Source: an uncultured delta proteobacterium (GTDB lineage: Bacteria; Desulfobacterota; Binatia; UBA9968). From it: a stretch of 64,000 nucleotides of DNA. Where the stretch lies: positions 160,001 to 224,000 of the forward strand of contig CAWFJP010000004.1 of the NCBI GenBank assembly GCA_963816145.1, given 5' to 3'. Shown piece by piece: positions 18,086 through 26,156 of this stretch. Numbering within the stretch: the stretch's first letter is position 1; each line of letters starts with the position of its first letter. The notes below the pieces were generated by a model. That model made no database searches. It was given only the letters and a program-made list of their open reading frames with translations, and was not told the DNA's origin. Position numbers and translations under genes: made by a program.

Positions 18086-19867
18086 ATGGGCGAGCGCTTC
18101 TCACAACTCTTGACGCGCACTTGCGCGGTCGGTTGTCTGCTCGGGGTGGCGGGGACGGTGTACTTGCTCGCCGGCTTGGCGGGTTTTGTTCACAGTGCGC
18201 TGCTCAATCTTGGTATCGCCGCGGTTCTTGCGGCGGCGTTGCTATTTTTTCTCGCTAACTTCTTTGCGTTGTTTACCCAGACCGGTTGGGTCGGCCGGAG
18301 CATCTGGTTCGGCATCTTGGTGATTCTGATCGGCGAAATTCTTCTCGGGGTTTTGCCGCCGACCAGCCGTGATGAGCTGACCCATCATCTGGCGATACCC
18401 AAGCTCTACGCCGATGCCGGGCGCATCGTCGAAGTGCCGGTGGCGCCCTACGCCTACTATCCGATGCTGGTCGACATGCTCTATACGCCTTGGATTTATT
18501 GGGGCTATGACTTCGTGCCCAAATGGATTCACGCGCTTTACGGCGCGCTCACGGGACTGCTTCTCTATGGGTATTTAGCGTGGCGGATGAACCCGGTTTA
18601 CGGCTTGCTCGGCGCCTTTTTCTTCCTCTCCACGCCGGTGATTTTGCGGCTCAGTCATTGGGGTTATATCGATCTCGGCATCACGTTTTACACCACGGCG
18701 GCGCTACTATTGCTCCTTCGCTGGCGGGAAGATCGCAACGCCCTCGGCGCCCTCGCGTTAGCCGGCTTGTCTTTGGGGTTCGCCGTAGCAACCAAGCCCA
18801 ATGGTTTGGTCGCGGCGCTTATAGTCACGATGTTGTTCGCCCTCGTCTTGGCCAGACCACCGCGGAAAAGTTTTTTTGCGTCGATTGGCGAAACCGCTCT
18901 ATTTGGCGTGCTCGCGTTCCTGCCGTTTTTCCCCTGGCTCGGCAAGAATTGGTGGCAAACCGGCAATCCTTTTTATCCGTTCTTCCCCGGTTGGTTCAGC
19001 GCGCAGCCGGGCGTGGGCGCGCAGGCGGCCAGCTATGCAGGCATCGGCATTTTCGCCAAGCGCGAACTCTTGTACGGCGAGGACGTCTGGCAGATTGTCA
19101 CGCTGCCGCTGCGGCTTTTCTTCTCCGGCCGGGACGACAATCCGCAGTTCTTCGACGGTGTGCTGACGCCGATTCTGATCTTGTTGCTGCCCTGGGCGTT
19201 TCGGGGAAAGTGGTCTGACGACAAGAAGTTGCTCGCCGGCTTTTCCCTGCTAACGCTTTTGTACGGGATATTCTTGGTCGATTTGCGGGTGCGCTATGTG
19301 TTGCCGATCGTCCCGCCGCTGGTCATTCTGATGGTTTACGGAGTGTTCAACATTTACACCCGGATCAAGCGACCGGCGATTTTGTTTACTGGGTTGTTGC
19401 TCTGCGCCGCGTGGCATGGCGCATTTCTGTGGAAATATGTCGCGGCGGCGGCACCCTGGCCTTATCTGGTTGGCGCGGAAAGCCGCGACGGCTATCTGAC
19501 GCGAACGCTCCCGGAGTATCCGGCGTTTCGCTACATTAACCGGGAAACACCGACGAATGCGAAAATTTATCTTCTCTTTGTCGGGCGGAGAGCGTATTAT
19601 TGTCAGAGAAACTATTTTCACGACGGCGGCGAGCTGCCGGGATTTCTTCTTGGCGCCATTCGCAACGCTAAAGGCATCGAACAGTTGGCACAGTCGCTCA
19701 GGCAAAAACAGATCACTCATCTGCTGATCCGTGAGGATCTCCTGACCGGATTTTTGAGCAACAACTTGACGGCGGAGCAAGCGCACCTGTGGAACGAATT
19801 CGTTGCCAGCCGGCTTCGGCTCAACTTTCGTGACCAGGGCCACGCAGTCTATCAACTGAATGGCTAA
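18086..19867 (+). CDS. Polytopic membrane glycosyltransferase (GT-C, ArnT/PMT-like)
   Basis: Many TM segments; RDELTHHLAIPK, YYP, YIDL, ATKPNG, KNWWQTGNPFYPF; probable ATG at 18086. Confidence 0.7.
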   Translation: MGERFSQLLTRTCAVGCLLGVAGTVYLLAGLAGFVHSALLNLGIAAVLAAALLFFLANFFALFTQTGWVGRSIWFGILVILIGEILLGVLPPTSRDELTHHLAIPKLYADAGRIVEVPVAPYAYYPMLVDMLYTPWIYWGYDFVPKWIHALYGALTGLLLYGYLAWRMNPVYGLLGAFFFLSTPVILRLSHWGYIDLGITFYTTAALLLLLRWREDRNALGALALAGLSLGFAVATKPNGLVAALIVTMLFALVLARPPRKSFFASIGETALFGVLAFLPFFPWLGKNWWQTGNPFYPFFPGWFSAQPGVGAQAASYAGIGIFAKRELLYGEDVWQIVTLPLRLFFSGRDDNPQFFDGVLTPILILLLPWAFRGKWSDDKKLLAGFSLLTLLYGIFLVDLRVRYVLPIVPPLVILMVYGVFNIYTRIKRPAILFTGLLLCAAWHGAFLWKYVAAAAPWPYLVGAESRDGYLTRTLPEYPAFRYINRETPTNAKIYLLFVGRRAYYCQRNYFHDGGELPGFLLGAIRNAKGIEQLAQSLRQKQITHLLIREDLLTGFLSNNLTAEQAHLWNEFVASRLRLNFRDQGHAVYQLNG

Positions 19868-20747
19868 CCCCGTCGAAACTTCAATCATCGTTCCCGTCTA
19901 CAACGAAGCGGAGAATCTGAAAAAATTAATTGGCCAGATTCATTCGCTCAGGATGCCCGACAGTGAAATCATCGTCGTCGACGATGGTTCCAACGACGGC
20001 AGCGCGGCGATCGCCATGGCGGCCGGCGCCAACGTCGTGCGCCATCCTTACAACATCGGCAATGGCGCGGCGGTGAAGAGCGGCATGCGCGCCGCCAAAG
20101 GCCGATTCATCGTCATGATGGACGGCGATGGCCAGCACAAACCGGAAGACATTCCCAAACTTTTGGCCGACGCGGACAGGTATCACATGGTCGTCGGCGC
20201 GCGCGCCAAAGGTTCCAAGCTGCGCATGCATCGCAACCTGGCCAACATGGTCTACAATCTGCTGGCGTCTTATGTGACGCGCTTCAAGGTCCAAGACCTG
20301 ACCTCGGGGTTTCGGGTGATTCGCCGGCGCGACGCCCTGCGCTTCATCGATCTGCTGCCCAATACCTTTTCCTACCCGACGACTTTGACGTTGGCCTGTC
20401 TGCGCTCTGGGCTGACCGTCCAGTATGTGCCGATCCAGACCCTCTACCGCGCCGGTCAGAGCAAGATCAGCTTGGTTACCGACGGCATTCGGTTCCTGCT
20501 GATCATCACCAAGATCGCGACTTTGTTTGCGCCGTTTCGGGTATTTTTACCGGTGAGTGTATTCTTCTTTCTCGGCGGGATTGGCAATTACATCTACACC
20601 TACTTGACCCAGAACCGTTTCACCAATATGTCGGTGTTCGCTTTGACCACCTCGGTGATCATTTTCATGTTGGGATTGATCTCGGAACAGATTGCGCTCT
20701 TGCGCATGGAACGCCAAGAGGCCGGTCGGCGGCATGATGACGGGTGA
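19860..20747 (+). CDS. GT2 polyprenol-phosphate glycosyltransferase (DPM1/GtrB-like)
   Basis: IIVPVYNE, VVDDGSNDGS, MDGDGQH, DLTSGFR, two C-terminal TM helices. Confidence 0.88.
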   Translation: MANPVETSIIVPVYNEAENLKKLIGQIHSLRMPDSEIIVVDDGSNDGSAAIAMAAGANVVRHPYNIGNGAAVKSGMRAAKGRFIVMMDGDGQHKPEDIPKLLADADRYHMVVGARAKGSKLRMHRNLANMVYNLLASYVTRFKVQDLTSGFRVIRRRDALRFIDLLPNTFSYPTTLTLACLRSGLTVQYVPIQTLYRAGQSKISLVTDGIRFLLIITKIATLFAPFRVFLPVSVFFFLGGIGNYIYTYLTQNRFTNMSVFALTTSVIIFMLGLISEQIALLRMERQEAGRRHDDG

Positions 20748-20775
20748 CCGGTGACGCGCCGGCCGCTATTTTTGG

Positions 20776-22023
20776 CTAGTTTTGATGACCGGTCGACGGT
20801 ATGAATTCGCGATAAAGTTTGTCGTACTCACCGGCAATGTGTTGCCAATCATAACGTTCCTTAACTTCGTCGTAGGCATTGGCGGCAAGGGCGGTTCGAA
20901 GCGCAGCGTTGCCCATCAGTTGCTCAATCGCCGCGGCGATCTCTTGCGGTTGGTTGGGTCGCACGAGGATGCCGCTGTGCCGGTCGCGCACGACCGCGTC
21001 GATGCCGCCGGATCGGGTCGCCAAGACGCATAGCCGGGCGGCGAATGCTTCCAAGAAAACTACGCCTTGACCTTCGCTATCGCCGGAGCGCGCCTCCATG
21101 GACGGGGCGACGAAGAGATCGGCGGCGGCATAGAAGTTCGGCAGGTCCTGATTGCGCACCATGCCCCAAAAGCGCACCTGCTTATCGATGGCCCATTCCA
21201 CCGCGGCCTTTTCCAGCGCCACTCGGCGTTCGCCGTCGCCAACGATCCAAAGCCGGGTGCGCGGCTTGAGATCGGCCGGCAATAATGCGAGCGCGCGCAG
21301 CAAATCATCAACGCCCTTTTTCTCTACGAGCCGGCCAACGAAGAGCAACAAAAATTCGTTCTCAGCCAGCAGCGGGCGCAGAGCGTTGCGGTCGCCATTG
21401 GCGAAACGGCCGATATCGACGCCCATCGGTATGACCCGGGTTGGGGATGTCGACATTGGGTCGCCGACGGCCGAGGAGGTCGCTACGGTGTTGGCCGTCC
21501 AAGCATCGCTCTTGGAGACCACCAGCCGTTTTATGAATGAATTGAGCCGGCCTTTGAACGCGAAGGCATCGGCGCCATGCGCCGTGGTCACCAGCGGGAT
21601 CGGGTGGATTGTTTTTGCCAGGATGCCAATCAAACCCTGGGGCAGAATCCAATGGGCGTGGAGTAAGTCGAATTTTTCCCGGCGGAGTAAGCGCAGTAGC
21701 GTCCACAGCATGGCTACTAGATAAAACGGAACTTGCAGCCAAAGCCACGGCGAGTGGCTGAGATTGGGCATGATGCCGGAGCCGTAGGCGAGCTTCTGCC
21801 AGCGCCGCGGAAAATATTGGAAGCGGTGCACCGTGATGGCGCCATCGATGGCGGTCGCACTCTTGCCGTCCGCCGGTGCCAGGACATGAACTTGGTCGCC
21901 TTGCGCGACCAACGATTCGGCAAAGTAACGGAGAAAAACCGCGGCCACGTCATGTTCGTCGCGTGGATAACTTGACGCAAGAAATAGCACCTTGATGGAA
22001 TCGCGCCGGCTCATGGTTGACAC
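20776..22023 (-). CDS. GT4 glycosyltransferase
   Basis: HAHW..PQG, TAHGAD, VIPMGVD, FVGRLVEKKG, EGQGVVFLEA. Confidence 0.88.
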   Translation of the reverse strand: MSTMSRRDSIKVLFLASSYPRDEHDVAAVFLRYFAESLVAQGDQVHVLAPADGKSATAIDGAITVHRFQYFPRRWQKLAYGSGIMPNLSHSPWLWLQVPFYLVAMLWTLLRLLRREKFDLLHAHWILPQGLIGILAKTIHPIPLVTTAHGADAFAFKGRLNSFIKRLVVSKSDAWTANTVATSSAVGDPMSTSPTRVIPMGVDIGRFANGDRNALRPLLAENEFLLLFVGRLVEKKGVDDLLRALALLPADLKPRTRLWIVGDGERRVALEKAAVEWAIDKQVRFWGMVRNQDLPNFYAAADLFVAPSMEARSGDSEGQGVVFLEAFAARLCVLATRSGGIDAVVRDRHSGILVRPNQPQEIAAAIEQLMGNAALRTALAANAYDEVKERYDWQHIAGEYDKLYREFIPSTGHQN

Positions 22024-22179
22024 TGCCGTGAATTTAGCCGCGCCAGGGTTGGCCTATTGTGGGTGTTCACCAAGCTTGGGACCGCCGGTTCGAACCTGAT
22101 TAGGTCCAATCATTTATATTGATCAACTATCTTGTAGCGAGTAGAATACATTTTTAGTCCATAAAATCTACAAAACCAC

Positions 22180-23043
22180 ATGAATCTACGGACAAACCCA
22201 CAACCGGTTTGCGAGTATACGCCAGCGTCGCAATTAGCCGATCCCACTCGTCTGTGCCGTACCATGATCCATGATATCGCAGTATCGCGCGAGTTGGCTT
22301 GGCGCTTGCTGGCGCGTAACCTCAGTTCGCGGTACCGGCATACAGCGCTCGGTTACGTCTGGGCATTCTTACCGCCGATTCTTTCGACTGCGGTGTTCGT
22401 GTTTCTGCGCCAGAGCGGATACTTCACAGTCGCTCAAACACCGGTGCCCTATGCGGTGTTTCTATTTGCCGGTTTGATTCTCTGGCAAGTTTTCTGCGAC
22501 GCCATCGCCATGCCGTTGCGCATGGTGCAGCAATCTCATGCCATTCTGACGAAAGTGAATTTCCCGCGGGAGGCGCTGGTGATCGCCGGCATCGGCGAGG
22601 TCTTGTTCGGTTTCGTCATTCGCTTCGCGCTGCTGTTCATCGGTTTATGGTGGTTCAAAGTCGGCATCTCGCCATCGATGCTTTGGGTTCCTTTCGGCGT
22701 CGCCGTTCTCATCGGTTTAGGCGTCGGTCTTGGTCTGCTGCTCACGCCCATCGGTATTCTCTATCATGACGTGGGGCACGGTTTGCCGTTTGTTCTCTAC
22801 CTTTGGATGTTTCTTTCGCCGGTGCTCTATCCGGCGCCGCAGTCCTGGGCGGCTTCGTCCGCTTGGGCCTTGAACCCGGTCGGTCCGATATTGGATACCA
22901 CGCGGGCTTGGTTGCTATCGGTGCCGCCGGAACATTTGGCCGGATTTCAAGCTGCTGCAGCCCTGGCGATTTTCACGTTACTCATCGGCTGGTTGCTCTA
23001 TCGTCTGGCCCTGCCCATCTTGATCGAGCGGATGAGCGCTTAG
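22180..23043 (+). CDS. wzm: Polysaccharide ABC exporter permease (Wzm)
   Basis: RYRHTALGYVWAFL.P, KVNFPRE, SPVLYP, NP; six TM segments. Confidence 0.85.
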   Translation: MNLRTNPQPVCEYTPASQLADPTRLCRTMIHDIAVSRELAWRLLARNLSSRYRHTALGYVWAFLPPILSTAVFVFLRQSGYFTVAQTPVPYAVFLFAGLILWQVFCDAIAMPLRMVQQSHAILTKVNFPREALVIAGIGEVLFGFVIRFALLFIGLWWFKVGISPSMLWVPFGVAVLIGLGVGLGLLLTPIGILYHDVGHGLPFVLYLWMFLSPVLYPAPQSWAASSAWALNPVGPILDTTRAWLLSVPPEHLAGFQAAAALAIFTLLIGWLLYRLALPILIERMSA

Positions 23044-23045
23044 CT

Positions 23046-24323
23046 ATGAGTGAAACTCCAGTCGTCACGGTCGAGCAAGTCTCGAAAAAATACTGCCGCC
23101 GCCTGAGTCATTCCCTGTGGTACGGCATGCTCGATCTCGCCACGGAATTGACGGCGCAGAGCGGCAACCGCGACTTGCGGCTGCGCCATGCGGAGTTTCT
23201 CGCCGTCGACGATGTGTCGTTTGAGCTACGTCCCGGCGAGTGCATCGGCCTGATCGGCCACAACGGCGCGGGCAAAAGTACGCTGCTGAAAATGCTCAAC
23301 GGTCTAGTCCGGCCCGACAAAGGCAAAATCACCATGCGCGGGCGCGTGGGAGCTTTGATCGAGCTTGGCGCTGGCTTTAGTCCGATCCTAACCGGCCGGG
23401 AAAATATTTATATCAACGGCGCAGTCCTGGGATTTACCAAGAGCGAGATTGACGCCAAGTTCGACGAGATCGTCGACTTCGCCGAGCTCGACGACGCCAT
23501 CGATGCGCCGGTGCAGACGTATAGCTCCGGTATGTACGTCCGCCTCGGATTCGCCGTGGCGGCGCAGCTCAATCCGGATATCTTTTTGATAGATGAATTG
23601 CTTGCTGTCGGTGATACGGCTTTTCGGATGAAATGCTTTCAGCACCTCCTCGACATGAAAAACGCCGGCAAGTCCATATTGGTCGTCTCGCATAACATGA
23701 TCGACATCAATCGCGTCTGCGATCGGGTTGTAGTGCTGGCGGGCGGCAAGAAGATTTTTGACGGCACGGCGCCGGCCGGCATCGCCACGTATGAAAGCCT
23801 GCTGGCCAAGCGGGGCAGCTTCAGGGAAAAACGGAATTTGGCGTCGCCCGCGTGGATTGAGCGTGTCGCGCTTTTCGATGCACTGGGATTCGAGAAAGAC
23901 GAATTTGAAACCGGTGAGGATCTGGTAGCCGAAGTAACCTTGTCAGCTGCGCAGAAAGTTCGCGATGCAAGGCTGGTTGTCAGTGTTATGACTCCTTCCT
24001 TGGGTACGTTAGGATCGTTTTCCACTCCCCACAATGGTTTTGCCTTCGATATCGTTCCGCCCAGAAACGTTCTACGTTTCTCGATACGATCAATGCCTCT
24101 GCTCATCGGGAGCTATAGCCTCGGTTTGCATCTGTACGGCCCGGCAATAAAAGATTTTCTTGATTCTAAAACTGACGCCGCATGCTTCAAGATTGTCGGT
24201 CCTGCCGTTGACGCCTTTGGCTTCGGTGTCTGTCACACCGTTTGCTTTCAGCATGATTGGGAAGTCATTGCCCGAGAATCCGGCCCGCTAAGTTCCCGGC
24301 CAGTGGTGCATTCGGCGAGGTAA
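23046..24323 (+). CDS. wzt: Polysaccharide ABC exporter ATPase with C-terminal carbohydrate-binding extension (Wzt)
   Basis: GHNGAGKST, YSSGM.VRLGFA, IDELLAVGD..F, C-terminal ~170-aa domain; ATG at 23046. Confidence 0.88.
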   Translation: MSETPVVTVEQVSKKYCRRLSHSLWYGMLDLATELTAQSGNRDLRLRHAEFLAVDDVSFELRPGECIGLIGHNGAGKSTLLKMLNGLVRPDKGKITMRGRVGALIELGAGFSPILTGRENIYINGAVLGFTKSEIDAKFDEIVDFAELDDAIDAPVQTYSSGMYVRLGFAVAAQLNPDIFLIDELLAVGDTAFRMKCFQHLLDMKNAGKSILVVSHNMIDINRVCDRVVVLAGGKKIFDGTAPAGIATYESLLAKRGSFREKRNLASPAWIERVALFDALGFEKDEFETGEDLVAEVTLSAAQKVRDARLVVSVMTPSLGTLGSFSTPHNGFAFDIVPPRNVLRFSIRSMPLLIGSYSLGLHLYGPAIKDFLDSKTDAACFKIVGPAVDAFGFGVCHTVCFQHDWEVIARESGPLSSRPVVHSAR

Positions 24324-24324
24324 G

Positions 24325-26127
24325 ATGAACGCGGTCCCTTTAACACGTAGCATCGAAGCTCTACGGACAAGTTACCGGGAAGCAACGAAAGTACCTATTG
24401 CGTGCCCGCTTTGTGGCGGGACAGAGAGTAACCATTGCACGAATGTTGACCGCCACGATCTCGGTCTTAACGTTGTCACTTGTCGGCGTTGTAGCTTGGC
24501 AATGATTTCGCCTCGCCCGGAAACCCAGTGGTTTGACTACTTCTACCAACAAAATTATTGGCCCGTCTACATCAGCTCCCGCTTTGAGGATCTCGATGAA
24601 ATGTTCACGGCGGATCGATGTGCTGAACGTGCCGAACAAATCTTTCACGCCATTGATGACAATTTTCCCCAAGCCCCCCAGAACTACCTAGACGTAGGGT
24701 GCGGCCAAGGAGCTATGATTGCGGAGTTTCGCAAGCGCTACCCAACTGCGCAATGCATCGGCGTAGAGCCCTCTGCTGATGCTGCCGATTTTTGCCGTCG
24801 TCGGCATGAAGTTACGGTTGAGGCGCTGCAATGGGATTCCTTGGATTCAGACACGCTACCCGGGCCGTTCGATGTCATCACCTTAATTCACGTTCTGGAG
24901 CATGTTGTTGACCCAGTCGATGTTCTCACCAAGGCCGTTGACCGATTGTCATCCAATGGCCGGATCTATGTTGAAGTCCCTGATCTTCTCTCGGATCGCT
25001 GGTCAGGCAAGGATTTTTTTCACATTGCCCACGTGTGGTACTTTCACGAACGCGCCCTACGTAATCTTTTCTTACGTTGCGGCTTGGATGTCACAGCGGT
25101 TACTCGTGGGGCCGCCGAAGTTTGGCCCTGGGCTATTGGTTTTGTCGGGAAGGCAAATATGAAAGGGCCTCAGCCCGCTGATGCGGTCCCTACGGTCCCT
25201 ATGAATTTCATTCATCGTCTTCAGGGCCATTTGGCCAGACGTGACGTTCCAGTTGCGGGGGTAATCCCCCGGCTACAACGTCAACTGAGAAAACCGCAAA
25301 AGAAGAATCTATCGGCCATCAATGCTTCCGGAAAGAAGCCGGTGCCAGACTGGATCAAAGTTCCAGTTCACGGGCTGCTACGAAAATATACGTCAGTGCG
25401 CATGGATGAAATTTCGGCATTGGAAAAACGACTTCGGGAAACTGAAAACCTCCTGGAATTTGTCGCAGCCGATGAGACACATCGCTGGCTGTACCAAAAT
25501 CGCCTTGAGCGCATGGATGCAACGCTGACTATTTTCGATGAAAGGCGTCGTCAGTTTCACCTTGATCGCTATCGCTATGCTTGCCGACAAGTTGCCGGGA
25601 AGCGCGTTTTAGACTGCGCCACCGGCACGGGCTATGGAGTGCGCTTGCTGCGCGAACTGGGTGGCGCCGTGCAGGCCTTCGGCGTCGATATCGAACGAAA
25701 AGCGATTGACTACGCGCGTAAGAATCACCAGGTTGAGGGGACGCAGTTTCTCTGTGCGTCGGCCGATTGTTTGCCGTTGCCCGACAGCTGCTTTGATGTT
25801 GTCGTCTCCTTCGAAACCATCGAACATGTGCCGGACGATCACGCTGTAATCGCTGAATTTCATCGGGTGCTGCGACCTACAGGCCGGCTAATCGTTTCCA
25901 CGCCCAATCAATGGCCGCTCGCGGACGCTCCGTTTCATGTTAGGGAATATGACCGGCGGTCTTTCGAGGCGGTGCTCGCCCCTGGTTTTGAATGCTTGGA
26001 AATCTATAATCAGAATTCCGGATCGGAAGCACCATTCAATCGAGGTCAGCCGCGAGCGATGGTTGCAACCAGTCCCGCCAATGAACAGCTCGCGGAATGT
26101 TTTATTGCGGTCTGCCGGCGCAAATGA
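24325..26127 (+). CDS. Tandem two-domain class I SAM-dependent methyltransferase
   Basis: CPLC..CRRC Zn motif, LDVGCGQG, HVLEHV; second domain VLDCATGTGYG, SFETIEHV, STPN..HVREY. Confidence 0.85.
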   Translation: MNAVPLTRSIEALRTSYREATKVPIACPLCGGTESNHCTNVDRHDLGLNVVTCRRCSLAMISPRPETQWFDYFYQQNYWPVYISSRFEDLDEMFTADRCAERAEQIFHAIDDNFPQAPQNYLDVGCGQGAMIAEFRKRYPTAQCIGVEPSADAADFCRRRHEVTVEALQWDSLDSDTLPGPFDVITLIHVLEHVVDPVDVLTKAVDRLSSNGRIYVEVPDLLSDRWSGKDFFHIAHVWYFHERALRNLFLRCGLDVTAVTRGAAEVWPWAIGFVGKANMKGPQPADAVPTVPMNFIHRLQGHLARRDVPVAGVIPRLQRQLRKPQKKNLSAINASGKKPVPDWIKVPVHGLLRKYTSVRMDEISALEKRLRETENLLEFVAADETHRWLYQNRLERMDATLTIFDERRRQFHLDRYRYACRQVAGKRVLDCATGTGYGVRLLRELGGAVQAFGVDIERKAIDYARKNHQVEGTQFLCASADCLPLPDSCFDVVVSFETIEHVPDDHAVIAEFHRVLRPTGRLIVSTPNQWPLADAPFHVREYDRRSFEAVLAPGFECLEIYNQNSGSEAPFNRGQPRAMVATSPANEQLAECFIAVCRRK

Positions 26128-26156
26128 GTCTATGAAAAGGGCAACATTCCAGTCGA